64,000 nucleotides of DNA from Octopus vulgaris. Its lineage: Eukaryota. A program made the position numbers and the translations under genes. Of the stretch, positions 40,027 through 52,940 are shown piece after piece. Every line of letters starts with the position of its first letter. Position 1 is the first letter of the stretch. The notes beneath the pieces were generated by a model. That model was not told the origin of the DNA. It saw only the letters and a program-made list of their open reading frames with translations, and searched no databases. The stretch lies in the NCBI GenBank assembly GCA_951406725.2, contig OX597838.1, forward strand, positions 42,160,001 to 42,224,000, written 5' to 3'.

Positions 40027-40203
40027 ATCTGTAAATATAATATGTGACAATTATTCGGTAGCCATGATAAAACTCCGAGTTTCGGATGTCAGGGCCATGG
40101 TCGGATAACTGAAGAGATGGCGGCATAGGTTTCTGCCCCAACATCCAAAACTCGGATTTTATCATGGCTACCGAATCATTGTCACATTATTACATTTACA
40201 GAT
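40027..40203. repeat. Inverted repeat (about 65-bp arms) next to (TA)n
   Basis: ATCTGTAAAT..GTGACAATTATTCGGTAGCCATGATAAAA..CGGATGT versus its reverse complement at 40141-40203. Confidence 0.85.
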
Positions 40204-41459
40204 GAATTCCTCTATTTACATAATATCGAGGTCTCTTTCATTCTTTTGTTGTCTTATCATTTCTATCAATATATATGTATGTATATACACAAATTCACAC
40301 ACACAATGTGTGTGTGTGTGTGTGTGTTGCATATTTGCCACCAACTTTAAAAAAATATACTGTTGCCAAAACCAGTTGAATTTCCCATTAAAGTTGTGCC
40401 ACACCATCAAAATTCATTGGTTTGATTCTCTGACACACTTGGCTTAATGGAAGAAAAAGTAAAACAATGTCAGAATGTGAACTGAATGTAAAAAATTAAA
40501 AAATCAGGTCAGAAGGGCAACAGCTTGTCAGCTAAGCTGGATTAAATTTAGGTTAAAACAACACCTGAGAACACACAGCTGTAATGTTATGGTTCATTTA
40601 TTACATGGCATTCAAAATGCTTGCTGGTTACTTTCTAAACATATTACTTTTTAGTACATTAGAACCCTCATCAACCTTTTGTGTGTATTTAAAAATAAGA
40701 CAATTTTTATTTGGTGAATTTTTCTTGACCAAATGTGTTCTCAAGTTTTGTTTGCAGTAAACTTCTAAAGGTAATTGACACACCTGTGCAGCAGTTCCTC
40801 ATCTACCTCACAGGTCTAGGAGCTTGGTTCTGATCTATGTATTTTGTGGCTTACCAACAATTGATCAATACTGTGCATTGAAATATCTCGGGGGGGGGGG
40901 GGGAGCTACCAATAATGTTGCTTAGACATTCCTGTCACCATCATCATCATCATCATCATTTAACATCTGCTACCCATGCTGCCATATGACGGACAGTTCC
41001 AAAGGTGATGAGGCAAAGGACTACACCAAGCTCCAGTGTTTGATTCAACATAGTTTCTACAGCTGGATGCCCTTCCTAACACCAACCACTTTACAGAGTG
41101 TGGACTAGGTTCTTTTTACGTGGCACCACCTCTAGTGGGGTTCCCAAGTAACTTGTGAGACAATATATGTATGTACATACATACATACACACACACACAC
41201 AAAGCAGACTTCCATACTAAATAATTTACATATTACACACCGCAGGCTTCCACACAGTTTCCGTCTACGAAGGCATTGGTCAGCCAGAGGCTAAAGTAGA
41301 TGACATTTGTCCAAGGTGCCACAAAGTGGGATTGAACCCAAAGCCATGTGACTGCAAAGTGAGCTTCTTAACCACACGGCCATGACTGCACATATCTTTA
41401 TTCCAGCTGATATGGGGCCGTTCTTCAGAATATCCTGTGTTCAGCAAGAAATCTTCTCA

Positions 41460-41720
41460 CTCTCTCATTCAGACTAATGGTCTGCCTGTTTCTTTAAGAT
41501 TTCAATTCTTTGTTCCTGATTGAATGGAAATTGCCAACAAAGAATTTGGTCACATGTTGGAGCTAAGAATTATTTGACCCATTCATTACTTCTTCACATG
41601 GTTCCAATAAAGAATTTTGGTGACTGCTGCACAAACTACTGGGCTCTCAGCATAAGTTTACAGACAAGTCTCTGATTCCCAATCTCAATTATTTTCCATC
41701 ATTGCTGAGCAGTGCTCAAT
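41460..41720 (+). mobile_element. Degenerate Ty3/Gypsy RT fragment
   Basis: EIANKEFGHMLELRII*P, LHMVPIK and DCCTNYWALS resemble the Gypsy RT N-terminus (MLELGII.PS..LHMVPK..DYRALN). Confidence 0.6.
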
Positions 41721-43375
41721 TCCTTGCTGAGCCAAATAACATACTAAAAATGTTCACCACGGGGCCAGTGTCACAATAAAAGCACACAATACATTCTGCA
41801 AAGTTGTCAGAATTGGGAAGGGCATCCAGTTGTAGGAACCATGCCAAAGAAGGCATTGAAGCATGATGTAGTCCTGCAGCTCACTGAATCTTGCGAAGCC
41901 ATCCGACTCAGGCCAGTCCGAAAGACAGGCATTAAATGGAGTTGACTAATCTTTTCTAACGAAATTAGAAGCCTTTAATACTTATAATGAAATCACGGCT
42001 TTGTTTCTCTGAAAGTTTCAGAAACAAGTTATACTGCTGCCTGACCAGCAATGTACCATGGCTTTTAAAGACCAGTGGAAAATCATACAATTTTAATTCC
42101 ATTAAAGACACAATAACAAACATCCTAACAAATGAAGGAAAACCATATTTTGACACAATGGTTGTGTCAGTGAGATCCTGATATAATCAACATCATCATC
42201 ATCATCATTTAACGACCGTTCTCCATGCTAGCATGGGTTGGACAGTTCGGCCGGGGAAGCCAGAAGGCCGCACCAGGCTCCAGTCTGATCAGGCAGTGTT
42301 TCTACAGCTGGATGCCCTTCCTAATGCCAACCACTCCATGAGTGTAGTGGGTGCTTTTTATATGCCACCAGTACAGGTGCCAGGTGAGGGTGGCAATGGC
42401 CATGATCAGATTGGTGCTTTTTACGTGCCACTGGCATGGAAGCCAGTCAAGGCGGTGCTGGCATCGGCCACGTTCGGATGGTGCTTTTCACGCACCACCA
42501 GCACAGGGATCACAACTACAATTTCCATTGATTTTTGATGTTGGTGTACTTGACTCAATAGGTCTCCTCAAGCACAGGGTCGAAACGGTGTTACAATAAA
42601 ATTACCATAAAAGTTTGTCTTGGGAGGGTCACTGCATCAATAATGATAATAAACACATGCACTGGTTCAATGTCACTTCCATATTGCTAGTCAGTTGGTT
42701 AGATATCTAACCAACTAACTAAATGATTGTTTAATTTGTTAAACAACAGATCAAGTTTGTCAAAGTCCTTTTGTTGCTGTTTGTGACCTCATCAACGACA
42801 TGCCTTCTCTCTTCAATGTTTGCCTTGAGTTTGTTTATTATCATCAGCATAATGTCTCTTGCAAGACACAAGATTTCTTTCAAGGCACGAATTCACATCA
42901 AGAAGCTTGAAAACCAAATACAAAAATGAAATTACAATAAAAGAACTTTTACATTTATAAAAAGTTAGAAAAATATTTATTTGCTAAATACAGTTTTGTT
43001 TTTATTATGTTTACAATGGACCATCTGTTTTTTTCAAAGCAATGGTTACAACTGTTTGTAAAGGTTAAAAAACAACATTCCAGTATATTTACAGATCGTT
43101 TGAAACAGTTTAATAGTTTTATAAGTCATACGTGTACAGAATGGTAGGGTTGACTTTTTTTTTTAAAGCATTTATAAACCAATTTCACTGCAATTTATTC
43201 TCTTTTCATAAAATTCCTTTAAGATTAAAAAAAAATTCCCTCTGTTGATTTATTGATTTATATCTGACGTAAGCCAGGATATAAATCTAAGCACTTGAGA
43301 CATTGGACTTGAAGAAGTACAACTGGATTAAGGACTATTTAAATGACTGTAAAAAGCTTTCAAAACATGGCAAGG

Positions 43376-43443
<68 letters not shown>

Positions 43444-44589
43444 CATACACACACGTAAGAAACAGTTCTCCAAGTAATCTGAAAGAAAAAAAAAGTAATG
43501 TGTGTAGAATGATTTTAAACCTGTTATTTAAAAATGCATTTTATATTTTATAAGAAATCTTTAATCATCAATAAATATATTATTTCGGATTATATAATTA
43601 ATGTTTATCATGTGACTTGAGGTTGAGTAGCTCCCTGGATAGGTTGTCAACCTCTAGTAGCAAGTAGCTCCCCCTGAAGCAGGAATTAAAACTCAGCACT
43701 ATAAACGTATAGAAAGATCAGGTGGAACGACCAAGACACCAACGATGAAGTTGTGGCTTGCATGCAAGCACCCAGTCTTGTCATCCTACTGCAATAACAA
43801 CACCTCTGTTGGTTGGGTCATGAATGCCACCACATGCCAGGTGGGATGATACTAAAACACTTGTAATAAGATGAGCTGGCTTCTGTAAGAGGCTGCAAGT
43901 ATGATTCCCATCTTTGTTTACAAAGACGTTTGAGTAAGATGAAGTTCGTTTATATGATTGCTGAAAGGTGAGACGACATTGTTGGTGATCAGCCCCTGCT
44001 GGAGTCTGGAACTAGACAAAAGTTGAAAAAGATGAGAGGTGAAACTGAGGATTACTGTGGAGGAAAAGCAGGGCAAAACTAGTGGACAGGGCCTTCAAGT
44101 GTACTTATAACAGATGAGGCTGCCACTCGACCCAACTTGCAGCCTCTTTCACTAACAGGTGCCTGCTACTGCTGCTGCCAACAATCAGAAGAAAATAAAA
44201 TACAACACTCTGTGATTTTTATAAGAGAAACACTGGCAACTTCCCCAACTGATATTATGAAATAATCAAGTCATTTCATTTACTTCACTTTATCTTACCT
44301 TTTATTTCAGGCTAACGAGACTGACTTTTCAAAGCGACTGAAACTGGTGGCTGTGTACATAGTTGAAAATGTACTTCCTTACTTTTGTCTATGATAAAAT
44401 TCTCAAAGCATTTTCTTTTTCACATTTTCTCAATAGATGTATGCATTGGCGTTAGGAAGGGCATCCAGCTGTAGAAACTTTGCCAGATCAGATTGAGCCT
44501 GGTGCAGCCATCTGGCTCACCAGTCTTCTGTCAAACAGTCCAACACATGCCAGCATGGAAAGCGGATGTTAAACGACGATGATGATGAT

Positions 44590-45157
44590 ATGAAATATAT
44601 GTCCCCATTATATAGCTTTAAATTGATAGCTGCAGATTGGCTGACAAAGGTCTTACTGAGTGACGCCAAGACACCCGCAGCCTTCTTGACAATCTTAGAG
44701 ATGTGGTTCGTCCAACCCAGATTGCAGTTCACAATACTACCCAGGTCACATTCACTAGGAGACTTCATAAGATTGGTGTTGTTGAGGGAGTATGTAAAAG
44801 CTGGGTTTTGCCTCCCAAAGTGCCTGGGGATGCACTTGTCGTCCACAGCCAGCCTGAGTTGCCAGTCAGTAATCCATTGCTGCACTGTGTCCAGGTCTGA
44901 TTGCAGGAAAGGTCTATAGTGTACAGAAGCTGTTATCTTTATTTCAAGGTACAGCTTGGTGTCATCTGCGTATTTCAACACTGTCACATTATTTTCCATG
45001 TTGTCACTAATATATGCAACAAACAACAGGATCCCATCTCATAGGGTGAAGAATGCTGCCCTAGAACCTATGGTGTTGACGATGTAATTTTTTTAAAAAG
45101 TGGAGGGCATGATTATAGACTCAGTCAAATATTTTATATCGATTTATCCCTATAAAG
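44590..45157 (-). mobile_element. Decayed copy related to the 36.5-37.7 kb LINE
   Basis: ORF 44517-45026 FVAYISD...LKYADDTKLYLEIK...QQWITDWQLRLAVD aligns to the intact copy. Confidence 0.9.
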
Positions 45158-45260
45158 GGCCAACTCTGAACCTCTGGCAGTCATACAGTCCTTCAGCTCA
45201 TCCCAATGACGGCTTTCATTAGATAAGTTGTAAGAGTTACCTACCTTAGTCAATGTTTCG

Positions 45261-45345
45261 CTAAGAGGGATTGTTCGAATTAGGCAGCTGTACGTAGAGG
45301 AAGTGCTTACAGCGAAGATATTCATTGAGGCGGAGAATACCATAA
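45261..45345 (-). CDS. ETNK1: Ethanolamine kinase last coding exon
   Basis: TTTGTTTCAG acceptor, then (S)YGILRLNEYLRCKHFLYVQLPNSNNPS*, matching the conserved Y-x-x-x-R-x-x-x-Y C-terminus; phase consistent. Confidence 0.9.
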
Positions 45346-45661
45346 CTGAAACAAACAAAATACATTAGTATACCATTAGTATGTTCAGTGTCATTAGTTA
45401 TCATTAATTGTATGACTAATCAATATTACTAATTAGTTAAAACCAAGGCAACAGATGGAGTGTTCTGCCACAAATACACTCCGAAATACTTGCAGCATAA
45501 AATGAATTTACAGCTGAAGGGTTGTTAATCTACGAAGCTATTTTGTATCTCTGAAGTTTCAACAACAAGGAACAAATGTTCAGATTTGGGTTGGATTTTA
45601 GGGTGGTGCAATTAAAAACAAGTTTGTAAATAATTGGTTGAGTGAACCAGGTGATACCGAC

Positions 45662-45735
45662 CTGAGGAAATCGAATTCTATGACAGAATTATATGCTTGG
45701 ATTAGAGACCAAATACCCCAGAAGAAATGGGAGGC
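45662..45735 (-). CDS. ETNK1: Ethanolamine kinase exon
   Basis: ASHFFWGIWSLIQAYNSVIEFDFL(S); 74 bp. Confidence 0.95.
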
Positions 45736-46108
45736 CTGCAAAATAAATAGAAAAAATGAATACACACATACATATGTGTGTGTGTGTGTGTGTGTGTGTG
45801 TATACACACACATACATACATACATATATATACACACATATATATCACACACACATACACACTGAAAAAGAAAGAACCAGAGGAAGAGGAGAAGAAGGAG
45901 TAGTTTGGGAAGAATTATATAAATGAGAAATTAGTTTTATTAAAATTTAAGGTAATAAATATTTTTTTGTTCCTAAAATTCATCGTTTTTGCTTCAACCC
46001 CAGAAAATTTGATAAAAGTTGAATTGTAATTTTTGTATGTCTGTCATTATAAACCCATTGTAATAAAAGTATATTTCCAAAGCTACCCATCATGTGATTA
46101 GCGACACC

Positions 46109-46144
<36 letters not shown>

Positions 46145-46725
46145 TACTTTTACTCAGCATAAAATTACCAAAGTGAATCAAAGGCAAAAAGCTTATCACC
46201 CATGAACAGACATGTATAAATTACAAAAACTGTGCAACACCCATGACTTTAGGCTACATTTCTTCATGCTTAGAATTGTTGAAACATAAGGTACCTGTGT
46301 TGGTTATTAGCTGTCCAGACACTGCATCCTTCAAAAATTCCAAACTTCTTCAAATTCACTGACACTACCCTTTTCTATCCATGACCCTTTTAACGTTCAG
46401 TTTTCTGTCTTCTATTTTATTCTGGGTGCTGCTCTTGTACTTCCTGCATTCATTATTCTCTTCCTTTACTGGACTTACACGTCTGCTTTCTGTCCCCTCT
46501 GTTCCCCTTTTTCTGGTGAGTTGTTGTACACCTGAGCACTGTTTACAATAAGTTCCTCATAATCATAATCAATATCTCAGACAAAAAAACCCTTTTTGGA
46601 TTTGGGACCCATACCAGTAAAACATATAATCCAGCATAGCCTTATGGCCTTAATCTGGCTTCTTCACATTTGTCACTCACGCAGGATTTGATGAGATTAA
46701 GTCAGAAATAATGACGGATACTTAC

Positions 46726-46898
46726 TGCAAAAAATTTGCTAACCCAGATATACATGTGTCTAACTTCTTCATCAGTGACAGCATGAGTTTTAGAACCTTG
46801 TGGAGAGGCCATTTTCTTGTAAAGTTCTAGATAGTTCTTTATCCATTTCAGTTGATATGCTTCATTGGGACAACGAGAGAAGTCAGCTTCATCAACTC
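46726..46898 (-). CDS. ETNK1: Ethanolamine kinase exon
   Basis: GVDEADFSRCPNEAYQLKWIKNYLELY...EEVRHMYIWVSKFFA; 173 bp. Confidence 0.93.
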
Positions 46899-46950
46899 CT
46901 ACAAAATACAAGATGTTAATACTGATGATGCTGATGTAAAGAATGATGAC

Positions 46951-47058
46951 AATATATGTTGATGACAGAACGTTAATTAAAATATACGTTGATGAGCATT
47001 AATTACAATATATGTTGATGAACGTTAATTACAATATATGTTGATGAGTGTTAATTAC
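46951..47058. repeat. 26-bp tandem repeat x4 in an ETNK intron
   Basis: Minus-strand unit GTAATTAACRYTCATCAACATATATT. Confidence 0.9.
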
Positions 47059-47142
47059 CAGCATATTCACAGAAATGGTTGGCAATGTCATAGGCAATGT
47101 AGTTCTCATAGGTATATTCAAAATCTATGAAGGAAATTGAAT
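47059..47142 (-). CDS. ETNK1: Ethanolamine kinase exon (choline/ethanolamine kinase motif)
   Basis: DSISFIDFEYTYENYIAYDIANHFCEYA; 84 bp. Confidence 0.96.
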
Positions 47143-47562
47143 CTGAAAAATTAAAAGAAAATATAATGTAAGAATAACAACCAGAGACAGCTAATGAATA
47201 GGAACATCTCGTTAAGCAAAATCTGTATAATAAACACAGCTGTATAACTCTGTGTTTGTGTGTGTAGCGATTTATGTCTGTCATCATCATCATCATCATT
47301 TAACGTCCACTTTCCATGGGTTGGATTGTTTCACTGAAAACCAGTAAGCTGGAGGGCTGCACAAGGTTCCAGTCTGGCATGCCCTTCCTAATGCCAACCA
47401 CTTTGAGAGTATAATGGGTGCATTTATGTGCCACCGGTGCCATTTGCATGACACCAGTACCGGCCATGACCACAACTACGATTTCAGTCTCCTCAGCACA
47501 GAATGGCACCAAGGGTCTCCCTTTCACTCGTCATCCCCTCCGTAAGGACCAACATTTGAAAA

Positions 47563-47848
47563 GTGGAGGCACATGGCCTAGTGGTTAGAGCAGCGGACTC
47601 GCGGTCGAGGGATCACAGGTTCGAATCTCAGACTGGGCGATGTGTGTGTTTATGAGCGAAACACCTAAGCTCCACGCAGCTCCGGCAGAAGGTAATGGCG
47701 AACTTCTGCTGATTCTTTCTCTCACTCTTTCCTCCTGCATCTTGCAGCTCACCTGCGACGGACCGGCGTCCCGTCCAGGTGGGGAACCTATACGTCAAGA
47801 AACCGGCCCTTATGAGCCAGTCGTGACTCGAGAAGGAACAAACAATAA
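47563..47848 (+). mobile_element. tRNA-derived SINE with A/B boxes and a 12-bp TSD, nested in another repeat
   Basis: TGGCCTAGTGG (A box), GGTTCGAATCT (B box), (AAC)-rich tail; TSD CAACATTTGAAA at 47550 and 47849; related partial copy at 25628-25875. Confidence 0.85.
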
Positions 47849-48712
47849 CAACATTTGAAAGATCATGTGACCGGCAACGGCCAAAACTGTGATTTCACTC
47901 GACAAGTCTCCTCAAACACAGCATGGCACCAAAGGTCTTGGACTGTACTCTTACCAATATATGAGTATGTCTATAAAAGAGGATCTCTCAGGGTAAATAC
48001 CACAGGAATATGGCATTCTAATAATACATCCATTTCAAGTAGGACAAGAAGATTGCCATATATATATATATATATATTCTGTTGTGTCTGGGGAGAGTCA
48101 TTCTCTTTTAGTGCCTTATAATATAACACACTCACTGGTAAAATTTCCACTTATTTCTTATTTTTATTTTCTAAAATTTTCGTTTTGTCTTGCAACCTTT
48201 TCAATAGTCTTGGAAAAATATCTGGGAAAAGGTGTGGCTGTGTAGTTAAGGAGCTTGCTTCCTAACCCCGTGGTTGAATCCCAGTGCATGGGACCTTGGG
48301 CAAGTGTTTTCTGCCATCGCCTCCAGTCAATAGGTCAATCAATGCCTTCTGATTGAATTTGGTGCACAGAAACTGAAAAACAGCCCATTGTGTGTGTGTG
48401 TGTGTGTGTGTGTGCGTGCACACATGTGTATACATATGTATGTACATAGATATACATATATACATACACATACATACAAACATATACACACACACACAAA
48501 CTCATATATATATATATATAAAATGAGGAAGTAATTTATTGAACCATGTGGCATCCACAGCACTATATTTATTTAACCATGTGGTATCCACAGTATTATG
48601 GCCATTTCACAATGTTCTCTCTGTTCTTGACGTATGGTTCTCAGAATCCGCATCTGATACAGCTGATATATATATATATATTTAAAAAAGGAGATGTGGA
48701 ACACGAGTTGTG

Positions 48713-48953
48713 ATATATAAAAAAGGAAATGAAGAAAATGCTGACAAAATAATTTAAGTAATTTAATTAGGTGAAAGTTCTTTTTACCGGTTGCGCATTT
48801 GTTATGCTTATCAAAAGTTTTTTCCTCTTATCAGATAAGAGGAAAAAACTTTTGATAAGCATAACAAATGCGCAACCGGTAAAAAGAACTTTCACCTAAT
48901 TAAATTACTTAAATTATTTTGTCAGCATTTTCTTTCATTTCCTTTTTATATAT
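48713..48953. repeat. About 240-bp palindrome centred on 48833, inside (TA)n
   Basis: ...TTTCCTCTTATC A GATAAGAGGAAA...; arms of about 120 bp, near-identical. Confidence 0.93.
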
Positions 48954-49172
48954 ATATATATATATATACACCTATAAAAATGTTGTCAACTGTTTTGCAA
49001 TTCTAGGTGCCCTTAGACCCACTACCAGTCTCTATGCATACAAACAGTAGAACCTCAGCTTTCAAGCAACTCTGATTACAAATAAATCGTGCTTTATCTC
49101 CCATCTTTCTCGTATTCATTTAATACAGTGGTACCTCGGTTTATGAACACCTCTGATCACGAATAAATTGTG

Positions 49173-49273
<101 letters not shown>

Positions 49274-49297
49274 TACCCATATCTATCTATATATATA

Positions 49298-50146
49298 TCT
49301 ATAATATAAATTGGACATGGGTAATCGTTGTATTCTTTCTTGTCTTGAGGGTCACAGTGAAACGGCTGCGTGGATTCGCATGAAAAATGGCACCATGTGG
49401 AGACGGGTGCATAGATTGGGATGTGGTTTGTATTTTTTCCTAGCCACCCCCCACCCCCATAGTTACAGAGAAAATCGATTAAAACTTTTTCTAATGGAAT
49501 TCCCTTGTTTGTTCCAGCATTAAAACAACCAGTTGCTCACACAGCCTGCATATACCTATTTCTTTATTACCCACAAGGGGCTAAACACAGAGGGGACAAA
49601 CAAGGACAGACATAGGTATTAAGTTGATTACATCGACCCCAGTGCGTAACTGGTACTTAATTTATCGACCCCGAAAGGATGAAAGGCAAAGTCGACCTCG
49701 GCGGAATTTGAACTCACAACGTAACGCAGACGAAATACGGCTACGCATTTCGCCCGGCGTGCTAACGTTTCTGCCAGCTCCCCGCCTTGCATATACCATT
49801 TCGCTAGCAACAAGGGGAGTACAGGATGACAGTCAGCCAAAACTTTTCTATGCTGTCTCTCTTCTTTCACCTCTTTGTGGTGTTAATAATCTTAATCTTT
49901 ACTTACAGTTTCTCATTCAAACTACATAATAGGCAGAATTGTCGGATTAAGACTAGGGTGTTTTGAGGGAGATTTGGCTGCTATTTCTACCAGGTATAGC
50001 TACTGTGTAGAGGTTTGAACTTAATTTTCATTCACATATTTGCATTTCAAAAATTTAACATAATCTTTTCCATAAATCAATTATTGTAACTCTATCTCAC
50101 CCTCTTTCTCTCTCACATACACACACGCAAGCAGGCACGCACACAT

Positions 50147-50179
<33 letters not shown>

Positions 50180-50436
50180 ACACACACACACACACACACA
50201 AACATCCATTTCGTATATTTTCTTTCTATTTCTACTCAGCAAATAAAATTTTTTACAGATACAACTGCTTACAAAAATATGTATTAATGTACAATTTCTT
50301 TTTATGTTCATAATTAAATCAATTATTAGACAGAGGTCCAATAGAATAGCTCGCTGAAACAGTCTACATACAAATACGCCAATCATCACAACCACAACAT
50401 CCAAATAGACCGGGTGAAACCGGGTTTAGCAGCTAG
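49298..50436 (+). mobile_element. Non-autonomous Helitron
   Basis: 5' A|TCTATAATATAAA; 3' imperfect hairpin ACCGGGTGAAACCGGGT followed by CTAG|T; 5' end uncertain by about 16 bp. Confidence 0.7.
49557..49787 (-). mobile_element. tRNA-derived SINE (family C) with a 10-bp TSD
   Basis: GAGCTGGCAGAAACGTTAGC..GAGTTCAAATTCC (B box); TSD TGCATATACC at 49547 and 49788. Confidence 0.85.
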
Positions 50437-50656
50437 TATATATATATATAAAGCACAATTTATTTGCGATCGGAGTTGTTTGAAAACAAAGGTACTACTG
50501 TATTTTTCTCTTTGGATACAACCAACCAACAATGTTATCCAGTATTTAGTTTCTGAGCTGATTTTCTCAAATCTAATGATTCATTAACACATATCAAACC
50601 ACATCATAAACATAAAAACTAATTGCTTAATTAATTATGTCGGTGGCTGTACAAAC

Positions 50657-50799
50657 CTGTTTTGGCATTGTAGATGATGTTGTTTAAGAGCAGATCATTA
50701 TGGCAGATGGCTACGGGCACATCGCAATTCTCAAATACCTTGCAGAGGTCATTGAACTCAACCCACAGGTTTATTTTATCCAAAATCTCAGATGTGTAC
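50657..50799 (-). CDS. ETNK1: Ethanolamine kinase exon (Brenner phosphotransferase motif)
   Basis: YTSEILDKINLWVEFNDLCKVFENCDVPVAICHNDLLLNNIIYNAKT contains CHNDLxxxN; 143 bp. Confidence 0.94.
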
Positions 50800-51444
50800 C
50801 TAAAAAAGGAGAATGCATAATATATGGTTTTATATAATTCATGGTAATCCCCCAAAAGCTTCCCTAGTTACAAACCACGTAGTAAACCGTTGAAAGGCTT
50901 GCTCTTCAGATCAACAGAATATCACAGTTACATCGATTTTTCAACCCTAGAAAACACACATCTGCATTTGTTATATATCTACATTGGTTTGTAAAATATA
51001 CAATAGTACTGTAAGAAATATGAACGCACGTGGTCGCATTGTGTAGGGAATACGATCGCACGTGGTCATATTCTTAACGAATTATTACAAGCCATAAATA
51101 CATGCAGTAACAATAGAACATAAGTGAATTGACGACAAGTCTTGCTGTTGAGATGGCTGTAACCTCAAACGAGATCATTTCTTGCCTTGCCTTTCAACAG
51201 TGACGATATTAGAAATCACTATAGTCATATTTCAAAATGGCTGAAACTGCCATGCTACAGTACTATGCAATTTATAGCATAAACACTAATAATTTATTAC
51301 ACACTATAATAAATTACTTTTGCTTGATGTTGGCTGCAGAATGGCCATCATTTTATGGATATCAACTGGGGAAATAAATATATTCATCTCATACCTCCTC
51401 ACTTTCTGTCTATGTATGTATATATGTGTGTGTGTGTGTGTGCG

Positions 51445-51496
<52 letters not shown>

Positions 51497-52940
51497 TCGC
51501 CATGTTGATTTGCTAGCTTCTGCAAGCATTTTTTTTCTCTCCTTGTTTCTTTTCTGTGTATCTTTCTGTCGAAGAGCATAGGCTCGAAACGTAAAAGACT
51601 TGTTTTATTTATATTCTTGAGCGCCATACTAATACAATTGTTTGTTTGTATTCCACCTGCCTTCGTCTTTTGTTTATTTTCATAAAGCTTCCCGTTATAT
51701 ATATATACACATACATACATACCTATACACACACACATGTACATAATTCTTATACAAGAATGTTGTTGACAGTGACTTTGAAGCTTCAACTAGCTCAGCC
51801 ATCATTGGACTGTGATGCCTTAGAGTTAGTCTTGCCTTTATATTGTCTCTGTCGAGTTAAAATCCTCTTTGGGTGTGTGGGGTTGAGTGGTGTGGTAATT
51901 AGGTTTTTATGGTTGGTTGTTATGGAAAGGTGTCTTGGAAAATTTTTTAATTGGTTAAATTTGGGGTTATGTCATTGTTTGGAATTCATTAATGCATGTA
52001 GAACTTTGTAAATAAGCCTGAAGGTGTTCTGCTTTTGTTGGGTAGGCAAGAGGTGTGAGGGTAATTTTGTTGCTTTTGGTATTATTGGATTAAATCTTTT
52101 TGCTTTGACAGTTTCAAGGTCAAAGGTACAAAGTCCTGTATCTAAACCCTTAGTAAGTGGGTGTCAACTTTTTTCCACAAAAGAATGTAGATCAGAGGTA
52201 AGATTGAGCTGGTCATTTCTTTACTTCTTCTTCTTCTTCTTCATCTTCTTTCCATTTGTTATTAGTCAAGGCATGTCTTGGCTTTGTTAGTAAAGAAACT
52301 TGCTTCTTTTGTGCTTTGATGTTCACAAAAGTATTTGAGTAAAGGCTGTATCTTTATATGTTTCTCTCAGGGTGTTCATTGTTCTACTGCTTCTAAGGGT
52401 CCCTACCAGACATTTGAGGGAGTCTAACTTCTGTACATTCCTAGTGTTTCATGTACCTACACATCTGCCAACACACAGTGACTTGTCTATTTTCCTTCTA
52501 ATGGGCCCTGCTAGCAGACCACATAGTAGTCAATACAGAGGAGAGTAATGCAGAGTCCCATGCAGCTGAAATTCAGAAGATCCCGGCAATGAAATCATTT
52601 CATGACAAGTATTTAAACTCTAAAATGTCAGGAGGTATGAGAAGTGAATATATCTTTTATTTAACCAATTGTTATCCTTAGGATTACGGCCATTTCACAG
52701 CCTTCGTCCCGTAATAATAATCTCAGCGTTAATAAATTATTCTACATCTCTGCACAAATGTGTGTGCCATGCATTGTACAAATACGTTTGTATATTTACA
52801 CTTAATGGAATAAAGAAGTAAGGATGAAAGTAGGGAGTGACGAAGGAGGATGAAATATGGAAGAACTTGTTAAAGGGAAGCGGGGAAATTAATACTGGAT
52901 AAAAGAGCATTTCTTAAAAGAATCTTTGAAAGTACCTTAC

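Noticed and set aside
42735-42910. Short open stretch on the minus strand (ALKEILCLARDIMLMIINKLK...)
   Set aside because: There is a stop just upstream, no recognisable homology and no consistent splice context.
47565-47640. Possible tRNA gene (also 5610-5687)
   Set aside because: The A/B boxes continue into a SINE body with a tail and TSD and the cloverleaf is imperfect, so it is a SINE head.
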